From NCBI GenBank assembly GCA_002269645.1, contig NIVC01000387.1, positions 372,001-436,000 of the forward strand: DNA of 64,000 nucleotides, in the 5' to 3' direction. Of the stretch, positions 31,139 to 43,992 are shown in pieces (positions within the stretch are counted from its first letter, which is position 1; each line of letters opens with the position of its first letter). Made by a program: the position numbers and the translations under genes. Under the pieces are notes generated by a model that did not search any database, had not been told where the DNA came from, and was given only the letters and a program-made list of their open reading frames with translations. This DNA comes from Macrostomum lignano (Eukaryota).

Positions 31139-31935
31139 ACAGTGTCACAGACAGTGTCACAGACAGTGTCACAGACAGTGTCACAGACAGTGTCACAGAC
31201 AGTGTCACAGACAGTGTCACAGACAGTGTCACAGACAGTGTCACAGACAGTGTCACAGACAGTGTCACAGACAGTGTCACAGACAGTGTCACAGACAGTG
31301 TCACAGACAGTGTCACAGACAGTGTCACAGACAGTGTCACAGACAGTGTCACAGACAGTGTCACAGACAGTGTCACAGACAGTGTCACAGACAGTGTCAC
31401 AGACAGTGTCACAGACAGTGTCACAGACAGTGTCACAGACAGTGTCACAGACAGTGTCACAGACAGTGTCACAGACAGTGTCACAGACAGTGTCACAGAC
31501 AGTGTCACAGACAGTGTCACAGTGTCACAGACAGTGTCACAGACAGTGTCACAGACAGTGTCACAGACAGTGTCACAGACAGTGTCACAGACAGTGTCAC
31601 AGACAGTGTCACAGACAGTGTCACAGACAGTGTCACAGACAGTGTCATAGACAGTGTCACAGACAGTGTCACAGACAGTGTCACAGACAGTGTCACAGAC
31701 AGTGTCACAGACAGTGTCACAGTGTCACAGACAGTGTCACACAGTGTAACAGACAATGCCACAGACACAATACCACAGACACAATGCCATAGACACAATG
31801 CCACAGACCCAATGCCACAGACCCAATGCCACAGACCCAATGCCACAGACCCAATGCCACAGACCCAATGCCACAGACCCAATGCCACAGACCCAATGCC
31901 ACAGACCCAATGCCACAGACCCAATGCCACAGACA
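31139..31935 (+). repeat. 12-bp (ACAGTGTCACAG)n array grading into related 14-bp (ACCCAATGCCACAG)n array
   Basis: 12-mer 31139-31742 (about 50 copies), 14-mer about 31750-31935. Confidence 0.95.
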
Positions 31936-32317
31936 CAAACCCAAAGCCCAAAACATTCTGAGCTCAGTAGTGCAACAGAACAATGCTAGTGCGGGCAAAG
32001 TGCAGTGAAGCATTAGGCAAAGCGAAAGCAGCGCTGGTGCCTTTTGAAGGCCCGCCTCCGCCCAGCCACTCCCCTGCCTAATTACCCGGCCACAGCAGAG
32101 CTGCTTTAATTAGTCAGACTGCCTCTCTAATGGCAGCCTTGGAGACCTCAGCCTTTGCGATACCCGAAGCATTACTAGAGAGGCTGAACTCAGGCAGTCT
32201 CTGCTAGTTCAACCGTAAAACGTGAACGTGCACTTCAAGCCTGCTTGATTCATAATTACTGTCTGAAACACGACTAAATTGGCAGTGTCACACCCAGTGT
32301 CACAGTTCACGTCTCCT

Positions 32318-32920
32318 GTCTGTGACACTGGGTCTGTGGCATTGGGTGTATGGCATTGTGTCTATGGCATTGGGTCTGTGGCATTGTGTCTGTCTGTGGC
32401 ATTGGGTCTGTGGCATTGTGTCTGTGGCATTGTGTCTGTGGCATTGTGTCTGTGGCATTGGGCCTGTGGCATTGTGTCTGTGGCATTGGGTCTGTGGCAT
32501 TGGGTCTGTGGCATTGTGTCTGTGGCATTGGGTCTGTGGCATTGTGTCTGTGGCATTGGGTCTGTGGCATTGTGTCTGTGGCATTGTGTCTGTGGCATTG
32601 TGTCTGTGGCATTGGGTCTGTGGCATTGTGTCTGTGGCATTGGGTCTGTGGCATTGGCCTGTGCCATTGAGTCTGTGTCTATGACATTGGGTCTGTACCT
32701 GTGCCATTAGGTCTGTGTCTATGACATTGGGTCTGTACCTGTGCCATTAGGTCTGTGCCTATGACATTGGTTCTGTACCTGTGCCATTGGGTCTGTGCCT
32801 ATGACATTGGTTCTGTACCTGTGCCATTGGGGCTGTGTCTATGACATTGGTTCTGTACCTGTGCCATTGGGTCTGTGTCTATGACATTGGTTCTGTACCT
32901 GTGCCATTGGGTCTGTGCCT
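32318..32920 (-). repeat. Inverted copy of the 14-bp array (CTGTGGCATTG(G/T)GT)n followed by a derived 40-bp array
   Basis: 32325-32660 is the reverse complement of the 31750-31935 unit. 32660-32920 has period 40. Confidence 0.93.
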
Positions 32921-33675
32921 TCTACATCACTCAAGCTGTCCATTAGCATGCCAAAAAAATCGACAACACAAAAAACTCGGAATTTTCCGCTCATAAGTTT
33001 GAGTTCGCGTGTACTTTAACACTTCACAGGTAAGTCTGGATTAGGATACAAAAAACTGCTGATATTTCACAGAAATCAGCTATAGTTAGTTTATAACTAC
33101 CCGAAATCGTGCTGTTGCAGCCACAGGTTCAAGCCACTGCTATACAGCAGCAACCTGGCCCTGTTTAGAGATTTAGCAACAACTGTTTACCCATTCTCGT
33201 CTCCCGGTGCAATGAACCGGCAATTCGCCAAACAGCTGCAGGGTGGTCCGTAGACACAGCGGGGAGGCGCGGGTGTCACTGACGATTCGACACAGTAGCC
33301 TGCAACTGGGTCGAATCACTTTTGAACAGCGCAGCTGCACTGCCACGTCAGCGAGTTACTTGGGGGGGGGGAGCAAATACGAGTAACAGTCAGTTCAGTG
33401 AAAAATAGAAATCTAGCAGTTCGATGTGTTTCACAGAGCTCTGACTCTCAGTATTAATTAGACCTGTGGTCGGAGTTGCCGTATAAAATAATGTTCGGTG
33501 CGATGCGCGCGGAGAGCAGTGAGCAGAGAATAATTAACAAACGGCTCCGTGTTGCCGAGTTAAAAAGCGGGCTAATTAGTGCTAGCAGGCATTGGCTTGG
33601 GGAATGTTGCGAAAGTGGACTGCCGGACTTGGGCAGCTGCCGTGTCATCAGCCGCGCAGCATAGCAACCAGTGGG

Positions 33676-34130
33676 AGAGTGCCAAGCAGGGAGTGCCAAA
33701 CAGGTTGAGTGCCAAGCAGGGAGTACCAAGCAGGGAGTTCCAAGCAGGGAGTGACAAGCAGGGAGTGCCAAACAGGTTGAGTGCCAAGCAGGGAGAGTGC
33801 TAAGCAGGGTGAGTGCTAAGCAGGGTGAGTGCTAAGCAGGGTGAGTGCTAAGCAGGGTGAGTGCTAAGCAGGGTGAGTGCTAAGCAGGGTGAGTGCTAAG
33901 CAGGGTGAGTGCTAAGCAGGGTGAGTGCTAAGCAGGGTGAGTGCTAAGCAGGGTGAGTGCTAAGCAGGGTGAGTGCTAAGCAGGGTGAGTGCTAAGCAGG
34001 GTGAGTGCTAAGCAGGGTGAGTGCTAAGCAGGGAGAGTGCTAATGAGGGAGAGTGCCGATGAGGGAGAGTGCCAATGAGGGAGAGTGCCAATGAGGGAGA
34101 GTGCCAATGAGGGAGAGTGCCAATGAGGAA
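33676..34130 (+). repeat. 16-bp minisatellites (GAGTGCTAAGCAGGGT then GAGTGCCAATGAGGGA) just 3' of the GPCR stop
   Basis: Direct inspection. Confidence 0.93.
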
Positions 34131-34247
34131 GAGTGCTGCCTACGAATTACCATTTTTAGTCCTACTGCTTGTAAAATTTCTGATAGGTTCCAGTCAAAGT
34201 CAACACGGTCAATGTCAAAAAGGTCACAGAGGTCACAGAGGTCAAGG

Positions 34248-37200
34248 TCAGACCGCGCTATCTTCGAGCAGCGGCTCCAGCACGTGGCCACCAGTTTCGG
34301 CCTCCGCAGCCACGTCTGCGGCCGCAACCGCCTTTGAAGTTGCCGAATTGGCGTCCGCCGCTTCAGCCGCAGCTCCGCCGTTGCGGGCCCCGCGCAGGGA
34401 GGCGGAGGCGGAGGCCGAGCTGTGGAGGGTTGACCTCAGCGACGACCCGATCGAATCCATCTGCCGCGACCGCCAGCGCCGCTTCCTCCATTCTCCCACG
34501 CCGCTGCCGCCACCCACGCCACCATTGCCGCCGCCGCAGCCGCCACCGCCTCCTCCAGCACCGCCGCCCCTGACGCCGACGCCACCGCCGCCACCGCCAC
34601 CGCCGCCGTGGAAGCAAGCGAGTCGCAGCAGGCGGTCGAAGGCGGTGCGGAACTGCTTGGACATGCCGTAGTAGAAGATGAAGTTGATGCTGTGGTTGAA
34701 CAGCGTCATGAGGTCGAACAGATCTCCCAGGGGGTCGTAGAACTGGCTGGTGAAGCAGTTCTTCGCCTGCTGGGACGACAGCGAGCCGAGCACCAGGAAA
34801 ATGACGCCCTGGGGAGCGCAAAGCCAGACGAAGGGAAACTGCCGAGCTGTTGGCCAGTTTTTGATGAAGCAGGAAGCTGGATGAGAATTTTATGACCCGT
34901 TCTGTCTGGAAATGCTGATGACCCGCATAATCTTGGCAAAAATACTTCCAGCGCCCCGGGCCAAAATCCCAGTCCTGATAAAAGTGCATGGCAGTTTTCG
35001 CTCCTCAGCTCTTCTTTGGCTCTCAAATGGATGAAAAATAGACAAGAGAGGACGTTGCTAAAAGAGCGCAGGGCTTCCCGCGACTGCACTCGGGAGAAGT
35101 AAACAAGGCTCACATTATTGAAAACAAATGACGCAAACAAGCAGTGCTGAGAGCTCGAATTGCTGATTGAAAGGCTGAAAATGTGCCATCCGTTGCGAGC
35201 TGAGGCAAGTCGGCCCGATGCATTTTTGTGGGAGCAGAGGGAAGTAACCAGATGGGTAAGATCAGGGAAGTCTTGAAGCTCAAGATTGAGCTTGAGCCGC
35301 CGTGGCTTCAGGTTGCGCGAGAGGGTTAGGGTGAGGAAGAGGGTGAGGGTGAAGGAGAGGGTGATTATGAGGGAGAGAGTGAGGGAGAGGATGAGGGAGA
35401 GGGTGAGAGAGAGAGGGTGAGGGAGAGGGTGAGGGAGAGGGTGAGGGAGAGGGTGAGGGAGAGGGTGAGGGAGAGGGTGAGGGAGAGGGTGAGGGAGAGG
35501 GTGAAGGAGAGGGTGAGGGAGAGGGTGAGGGAGAGGGTGAGGGAGAGGATGAGGGAGAGGGTGAGGGAGAGGGTGAGGGAGAGGGTGAGGGAGAGGGTGA
35601 GGGAGAGGGTGAGGGAGAGGGTGAGGGAGAGGGTGAGGGAGAGGGTGAAGGAGAGGGTGAGGGAGAGGGTGAGGGAGAGGGTGAGGGAGAGGGTGAATGA
35701 GAGGGTGAGGATGAGACGAAATTACGGAGACGGAGAAGAAGCAGGAAGAGAAGCTGTGGAAGCAAAAATGGGATAAATAATAAGAGTGAGTTGATGAAAC
35801 ACGGAAGCAATAAAGGTCCTAGATATTTATGAGTAGAATAATGTGAGCAGTAGAAGGCAGAGCAGTGCTCGGCCGGTGCTCAGCCAAGCGGTCAAATCGC
35901 TGAGCAGAACTCTGCAGGAGCCGATCTGCTCAGCCTCTGCTCGGCGGCAGGAAGCCGGGGGCACGGAAAGAAAATCGAACTGCTGGGGGACGGGCAGATG
36001 AGTTGCCGCCCTAATCAGTGAGCCTCGTTATCGACAGTTTATTCCTAGGAACGAGTCGCCGGCTTTGCAGCCGAGCTGGCCAAGTGAAAGCTGCGGCTCT
36101 CAGATGTCCGCCCGTGAGCGCTCATCTGCTTTAGCGGCCAGACAGCTGTTGTTTGGCGACGCGGAATATGCGAGTCGGAGGGGGGGGGGGCAGGGCGCAG
36201 ACGCCTGCGAAAGCGAATATCCTTGCGCCACAGGACACGCCAGGCTTGTCTTGCCTCCGAGTTGCGGGCGCTGCGGCCAAATACTCGTAAGAGCCTCAAT
36301 ATCAGCGGCTTTGTCACTGGAGGGGGAGGGGAGGGGCTCTCATTACCAGTCAGACTCGACAATTCAGAGGAAGCCCGGCTCGATGTGAACTCTGTGTACT
36401 TTTCCGCTGCAAGTTCACTGAGGGTTGATTGATCGCTCGGAGTTCCTGAACCGCTAATGAGAGCATCAGTCAGGCGCGCAAGAACTTACCTGGGGCAGAA
36501 TGCTGAGCACGCTGACCAGGATGATCGTCATGAGAAGCTTGGTGGTCCGGTTCGACTGAGCGTCGTCCCCGCCGCCGCCGCCGCCGCCGCCACCGCCACC
36601 GCCACCGCCAGCCGTCGTGGATGACGAAGCCAGAGCCTGGCGGGCAGCCACTGCGGCGGCGGCGGCGGCAGCGGCAGCAGGAGTTGGCGCGGCCACCTGG
36701 ACTGCTCGCCTGCTGCTGGCCCGCAAGGTGCGCCGCCTCCGCACCGTCCGACGAAGCGACCGGATGAGGAGGACGCTGAGAATGGTAAGCAGCAGCACCG
36801 GGAGGCACTTGATGAAGATGCCGATGACCCAGAAGTTCACGCTGTTGATGGTATCGTTGTCTCTCATGCGGAACTCGTAAAAGGTGGAGTTGGCGGCCAG
36901 CCGGAGGCGGCAGGAGTTCAGCTTCTGCTCCACGAGGGGAGACTCCACGGGGCTGATTTTGTGACCGAAGATGTTGGGCACCAGCATGCAGACGGAGGCC
37001 AGCAGGGACAGGCCGATGGCCAGGCAGGATGTGCGCACCGTGCAGAGCTGCTTGCTGCGCACCGGCAGCTTGATGTAGATGAGGCGGAACACCGCCAGCG
37101 CCACCGTCACCCAGGAGCTGAGCGCGTGCGCCAGGATGACGATGCACACCTGGATCCACAGGAACAGCAGCCAGGCGTACGGCTCCGGACAGCCGAGCTT

Positions 37201-37569
37201 CAGCCGGCCGCCCATGGTGAAGTAGAGGCAGAACGGCAGGTACACCGCCGACATGACGCAGTCGGAGACGGCCAGGGCAGTCAGCAAGGTGTTGGTTGGG
37301 TTTCGCATTGAGCGCTGGCAGAGTACAGCAATGTTGAGTAGGTTGGTTGCTGCACCAAAACTGCACAGAGCCACAGCCAGGTACTTGTGCGCCTCCGCGT
37401 AGGCCTCCGAGAACGCCTGCAGCGCCTGCGGTGGCCGACAAGCGGCTTCTTGGGCGAGGCTGTCGTTTGCGCTAGCGTTACCCAGAAAGTCTCTGTCCAG
37501 AGTCGGTGGCAGCAGCGAGAGCAGCGTTGTCGGATCCACCGGGACCAAGATGGCCGCGCTGCCGTCCAT
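34248..37569 (-). CDS. Rhodopsin-like peptide GPCR, myosuppressin/FMRFamide (DmsR/Srw-type) receptor-like, 2 coding exons, about 546 aa
   Basis: complement(join(34248..34808,36490..37569)), phase-0 intron CCCCAG|GTAAGT...CCCCAG|GGC. Seven hydrophobic segments with DMS-R-like motifs: NLLNIAVL...[51 protein letters not shown]...[33 protein letters not shown]. Poly-Ala/Gly tracts in ICL3 and the tail. The start Met is uncertain (see findings). Confidence 0.9.
35325..35710 (+). repeat. 12-bp purine-rich minisatellite (GAGGGAGAGGGT) in GPCR intron
   Basis: Direct inspection. Confidence 0.95.
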
Positions 37570-38599
37570 GTCCGAGCTGGTCTGGTAGCTTACCGCAGCC
37601 GGCCTGTCTGAGCTGGTCTGTTAGTTACCGCAGCCGGCCTGTCCGAGCTGGTCTGGTAGCTTACCGCAGCCGGCCTGTCCGAGCTGGTCTGTTAGTTGCC
37701 GCAGCCGGCCTGTCCGAGCTAGTCTAGTAGCTTACCGCAGCCGGCCTGTCCGAGCTGGTCTATTGGTTGCCGCAGCCGGCCTGTCCGAGCTAGTCTAGTA
37801 GCTTACCGCAGCCGGCCTGTCCGAGCTGGTCTGTTAGTTGCCGCAGCCGGCCTGTCCGAGCTAGTCTAGTAGCTTACCGCAGCCGGCCTGTCCGAGCTAG
37901 TCTAGTAGCTTACCGCAGCCGGCCTGTCCGAGCTGGTCTATTGGTTGCCGCAGCCGGCCTGTCCGAGCTAGTCTAGTAGCTTGCCACAGCCGGCCTGTCC
38001 GAGCTGGTCTGTTAGTTGCCGCAGCCGGCCTGTCCGAGCTAGTCTAGTAGCTTGCCACAGCCGGCCTGTCCGAGCTGGTCTGTTAGTTGCCGCAGCCGGC
38101 CTGTCCGAGCTAGTCTAGTAGCTTGCCACAGCCGGCCTGTCCGAGCTGGTCTGTTAGTTGCCGCAGCCGGCCTGTCCGAGCTGGTCTGTTAGTTGCCGCA
38201 GCCGGCCTGTCCGAGCTGGTCTGTTAGTTGCCGCAGCCGGCCTGTCCGAGCTAGTCTAGTAGCTTACCGCAGCCGGCCTGTCCGAGCTAGTCTAGTAGCT
38301 TACCGCAGCCGGCCTGTCCGAGCTGGTCTATTGGTTGCCGCAGCCGGCCTGTCCGAGCTAGTCTAGTAGCTTGCCACAGCCGGCCTGTCCGAGCTGGTCT
38401 GTTAGTTGCCGCAGCCGGCCTGTCCGAGCTAGTCTAGTAGCTTACCGCAGCCGGCCTGTCCGAGCTAGTCTAGTAGCTTACCACAGCCGGCCTGTCCGAG
38501 CTGGTCTGTTAGTTGCCGCAGCCGGCCTGTCCGAGCTAGTCTAGTAGCTTACCGCAGCCGGCCTGTCCGAGCTGGTCTGGTAGCTTGCCGCAGCCGGCC
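37570..38599 (-). repeat. 35/36-bp minisatellite (about 29 copies) between a splice acceptor and the GPCR ATG
   Basis: Sense unit AGGCCGGCTGCGG(T/C)AAGCTACCAGACCAGCTCGGAC. It starts right after CTTTTTGCAG (38600-38601) and ends at the ATG. Confidence 0.95.
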
Positions 38600-39661
38600 C
38601 TGCAAAAAGGGCAAGTTCCCGCCTGTGTTGTCACTGCTGGTTGGTTGGTGCAAGCAGGCAGCCCTTTGCAATGACAATGGATGGAATTAATGCATGGCTG
38701 CATAGCGGGAAGTGCAGGGCTGCAGATGCGGCAACAATCGATCGCCCAACGGCCCCCACCCCAAATTCCAAGCAAAGCCTTGGCCGCCCACAGCCAAGTC
38801 GTTAATCGCTCAGCTTCAACACTTTTAACTCACTTTGGCGTCTTCTTTTAGCAGCAGCAGCAGCAGCAGAAGCAGAAATTGTTTCTCGCGCCATCGCGGT
38901 CCCGTCTGCCGCAATAATTGCATTAGCGGCCACCCGCCCTCCCGCCCCGACACACCTGATCGATGGGGATAAACTCGCTCCAGATGGCGGCTCCAGCATC
39001 CCCGGCCCACCTCAGGCAGCTGAAACTAAGAGGGCGACGTGTGAGGTGGCACCGCAGCTTTCAACACGCAGTGGCGAAGGAGAGAATGGGGAGCTGCTGC
39101 TGCTGCTGCTGCTGGCTAAGGCTGCGGCGGCTGAGGACGGGGGGGGGGGCAGGCAGAGGAGCTGCTGTAAGAGGCTGGCAATTACCGCATCGCCTTGCCA
39201 AACTGCTCCCGGGGGAGAGAGTTATCAAGTAAGAGGGGATCCTCAGCTCAGGGATTGGGATTTTCCCCAACACCCCGGAGCAGCTGGGGGAACAGGCCAG
39301 CTCGATGCGCATCTGGGTGATCAATTTTTTCCACGCCAGACTGAGGTGTCTGCCCGGTACAAATCCCAAGCCTCTTGGAGTCTGACTGTCTGCTGGTCCT
39401 GCCCCGGGTCCCATCTGTCCCATTGTCTGGCCTTCACTACAGATTGACTGGCTTTCCGCTAACACGATAATTGTGAGGCCAGAGCGCCATTGTTCGCGCG
39501 ACTCGCTGCTGTCCCCGTGACAGACAATGAGGCGCTCGGGCGGAACTGCCATCGTGTTATCCAGTTCAGGGGCAGCTTATTACGGGAGCTGCCGCTTCCT
39601 GTCGCTTGTTGGTATTCAGATCGGACTGATCCTGCCGCTTCTCAGGACATTGCAGAGGGGT

Positions 39662-41499
39662 TCTGATGCTGTTTCAGTGTCATTCTGATGCTGTTTCAGT
39701 GTCATTCTGATTCTGTTTCAGTGTGACTCTGATGCTGTTTCAGTGTCATTCTGATGCTGTTTCAGTGTCATTCTGATGCTGCTTCAGTGCGGTTCTGATG
39801 CTGTTTCAGTGTCATTCTGATGCTGTTTCAGTGTCATTCTGATGCTGTTTCAGTGTCATTCTGATGCTGCTTCAGTGCGGTTCTGATGCTGTTTCAGTGT
39901 CATTCTGATGCTGTTTCAGTGTCATTCTGATGCTGCTTCAGTGCGGTTCTGATGCTGTTTCAGTGTCATTCTGATGCTGTTTCAGTGTCATTCTGATGCT
40001 GTTTCAGTGTCATTCTGATGCTGCTTCAGTGCGGTTCTGATGCTGTTTCAGTGTCATTCTGATGCTGTTTCAGTGCGGTTCTGATGCTGTTTCAGTGCGG
40101 TTCTGATGCTGCTTCAGTGTCATTCTGATGCTGTTTCAGTGTCATTCTGATGCTGTTTCAGTGTCATTCTGATGCTGTTTCAGTGTCATTCTGATGCTGT
40201 TTCAGTGTCATTCTGATGCTGCTTCAGTGCGGTTCTGATGCTGTTTCAGTGTCATTCTGATGCTGTTTCAGTGTCATTCTGATGCTGTTTCAGTGTCATT
40301 CTGATGCTGTTTCAGTGTCATTCTGATGCTGTTTCAGTGTCATTCTGATGCTGTTTCAGTGTCATTCTGATGCTGTTTCAGTGTCATTCTGATGCTGTTT
40401 CAGTGTGACTCTGATGCTGCTTCAGTGCGGTTCTGATGCTGTTTCAGTGTCATTCTGATGCTGCTTCAGTGCGGTTCTGATGCTGTTTCAGTGTCATTCT
40501 GATGCTGTTTCAGTGTCATTCTGATGCTGTTTCAGTGTCATTCTGATGCTGTTTCAGTGTCATTCTGATGCTGCTTCAGTGCGGTTCTGATGCTGTTTCA
40601 GTGTCATTCTGATGCTGCTTCAGTGTCATTCTGATGCTGTTTCAGTGTCATTCTGATGCTGTTTCAGTGTCATTCTGATGCTGCTTTAGTGCGGTTCTGA
40701 TGCTGTTTCAGTGTCATTCTGATGCTGTTTCAGTGTCATTCTGATGCTGTTTCAGTGTCATTCTGATGCTGTTTCAGTGTGACTCTGATGCTGCTTCAGT
40801 GCGGTTCTGATGCTGTTTCAGTGTCATTCTGATGCTGTTTCAGTGTCATTCTGATGCTGTTTCAGTGTCATTCTGATGCTGTTTCAGTGTCATTCTGATG
40901 CTGTTTCAGTGTCATTCTGATGCTGTTTCAGTGTCATTCTGATGCTGTTTCAGTGTCATTCTGATGCTGTTTCAGTGTCATTCTGATGCTGTTTCAGTGT
41001 CATTCTGATGCTGTTTCAGTGTCATTCTGATGCTGTTTCAGTGTCATTCTGATGCTGTTTCAGTGTCATTCTGATGCTGTTTCAGTGTCATTCTGATGCT
41101 GTTTCAGTGTCATTCTGATGCTGCTTCAGTGCGGTTCTGATGCTGCTTCAGTGTCATTCGGATGCTGTTTCAGTGTCATTCTGATGCTGTTTTAGTGTCA
41201 TTCTGATGCTGTTTCAGTGTCATTCTGATGCTGCTTCAGTGCGGTTCTGATGCTGTTTCAGTGTCATTCTGATGCTGTTTCAGTGCGGTTCTGATGCTGT
41301 TTCAGTGTCATTCTGATGCTGCTTCAGTGCGGTTCTGATGCTGTTTCAGTGTCATTCTGATGCTGTTTCAGTGTCATTCTGATGCTGCTTCAGTGCGGTT
41401 CTGATGCTGCTTCAGTGCGGTTCTGATGCTGTTTCAGTGTCATTCTGATGCTGTTTCAGTGCGGTTCTGATGCTGTTTCAGTGTCATTCTGATGCTGTT
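39662..41499 (+). repeat. 22-bp minisatellite (CTGATGCTGTTTCAGTGTCATT / CTGATGCTGCTTCAGTGCGGTT), about 83 copies
   Basis: Direct inspection. Confidence 0.98.
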
Positions 41500-43614
41500 T
41501 TGATAATAAAACTCCCCGCCCACCTGTTTTGATCCCGCACTGAGCGGGAAGAAAGTGAATGAGTCCCTCACAACCGGATTCCCTGATTCGGGCCGGACAT
41601 TCACCGCATTCGAGCTGCAGGCAATATTTTCAGCCCGGTCAGCCCATTACCAGCCTGGCCTGATGGAGAGCCGGGCCCAAGGGCAGCGGGAGGCTGGGCG
41701 AAATCCGAGACGCGCCCTTCATCGCCCTGTCTGGCCCTTGTCGGCTCCCCTCTCATTCCCATTGAGAGCCCTGGCATCACCGAGATTGAAGCTCCCCCCG
41801 CGCACCCGAGGCGGAAAACCCCTGGCCTGGGCTTGAAGGGCCACCAGGGGGAGGGCGAATCGGAACCTGCTGGGGACGCTGCGAGGCGAAGTTCAGCGCC
41901 GAAACCTGCGCCGCCAGCACTCGCATTTGAGTGCTTGCCCGAGCGGCTCACACTCTATATAAATATGCGGCTGACCCGGAGGGAACGACGAAGTCAGAGT
42001 TCTCCCCAGCTGAGCTTACAGGGGGCGGCTCAAGCTTTACTTTGTCCCGCACTCGTCCCGCCTGCAGCCCACTCGGAGGCCTCTCACACTCGCTGCGCCC
42101 GTTTGTCCCGGGCTGTTCTCAATAATGAGACAGTGCCCGACTAGAACGGGACGACTGCTGAGATGGGGAGCATGAGGCTGGACCAAGTGATGAGGCATAC
42201 AGAAGCCAGGCACACACACACGCTGGTCCTCGCCAGCAGCTGCAGTAGCTACTCAGTGCTTGCTCTGCCAGCCGCCCATCAGCTCAGCAATACACAGACA
42301 ATCTGTCTGGCTCCGTATTCATACCGATCATTACCGAGCCAATAGCAGATGGATAGGCAGAGGGGCTGAATTGATCGCTTAGGGTAGGAGATAGCGGGGG
42401 CCGCTGCTGGTGGTCACAGAGTGCCAAATTGAAATTGCACTGGATAAAGGAGCATATTGACTGAATTGAATGCGCATCATAAACATGATTGGCCAGCTGG
42501 GTTCTGAATCTTATGCACAGATTCAATTGCTATGCTAATGTACACAGACACCCACCCCACCTCCGCGATGCAATTGGCTGAAATATTTCGACAGAAAACA
42601 AATAAACTCATCATTGAAGTTCGGGATTTCAGTTGACTAATTGAATAAAAATTAGGGATCCGAGGCAAAACCAGACACTAAGCTGTACTTTTGCTCAGAT
42701 GATCTCTTTTGACATTAGAAGGACGCAGTTAAGCTCATTGCTACTTTGGCTTGAGCTGCTCACAGCTTGACAAAGGGGGAATTCTTATAAACCACTCAAC
42801 CTCATCCCCTCCCTCCCTGCTATCTCCAGCTCTCTCTGAGTTTCTCCTCTCCTGATGCAGGAAAGAAAGTGAGGAGAAGAGATGCTCCGTGGGAGGTGAG
42901 CTAACCCCCAGGAGCGTGGGATTTCTCCAAAGGTGGCTCTCTGAGCGCATCCCAGGTGCTGCAGCAGCAGCAGCAGGCACTCCTGCTGCTGGAGTTGTTG
43001 TCATTGACAACGGAGAATTCGATCCGAGGCTCAGGGCGGGGTGGCTCAGCGTACACGTGTTACACTTACACTTGAACGTCGCGTCGCGTCGCGTGCGTCC
43101 CGCCGGGCCGTGAGCCAAGTAGCGCTCACCTGTTGTCTCAGGTGCGGAAGCGGAGCGATGGAAACTGGCCTCGCTTGATGGCGCTTCCCTGTCCCCTGTC
43201 TTTCTCTCTCTGTCGCTCAGCTCGTTCAATCACCTGTATCTCCTGAGGCTGCTTTACAGCTCAGAGGGCGTTGGAGATGAAGTTTTTATAACATCCTGAC
43301 AGACTGTTGGCAGAATGCTGCACCCAGTCCGCTCCTCACTGCGGACCCTCTTCTCCGCCCGGTGGTTCTTGCCAGCAGCCGTCTCCCGGCCCAGACCTGC
43401 CATTGGCTCCCGGCCAGCCAGCGAGTCCGAACTGCCGGGGAGCCTCCGCCCCCGACCGCTTGTGGGCGAGGCCGGCTGGGCCAATGGGTCCGGCTGTCAT
43501 CAGTTGTCAGCTCCGGCCTGCTCTCGTCCGAGGCACTCGCGTCTGCTTGAGGATGGGGAGCTGAAATCTCCTCTTCAAGTTTCACTTCTTCCTTCACTCT
43601 GAACACTAATCCCT

Positions 43615-43992
43615 CTGAGTATCAACCCTCTCAGAACCAACCTCTCAGAACCAACCCTCTCAGAACCAACCCTCTCAGAACCAACCCTCTCAGAACCAAC
43701 CCTCTCAGAACCAACCTCTCAGAACCAACCCTCTCAGAACCAACCCTCTCAGAACCAACCCTCTCAGAACCAACCCTCTCAGAACCAACCCTCTCAGAAC
43801 CAACCCTCTCAGAACCAACCCTCTCAGAACCAACCCTCTCAGAACCAACCCTCTCAGAACCAACCCTCTCAGAACCAACCCTCTCAGAACCAACCTCTCA
43901 GAACCAACCCTCTCAGAACCAACCCTCTCAGAACCAACCCTCTCAGAACCAACCCTCTCAGAACCAACCCTCTCAGAACCAACCCTCTCAGA
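43615..43992 (+). repeat. 15-bp minisatellite (AGAACCAACCCTCTC), about 25 copies
   Basis: Direct inspection. Confidence 0.96.

Noticed and set aside
42741-43606. Minus-strand protein-like stretches (RVKEEVKLEEE..., LSDRERKTGDRE...)
   Set aside because: I could not build a stop-free, phase-consistent exon chain, so they are left unannotated.
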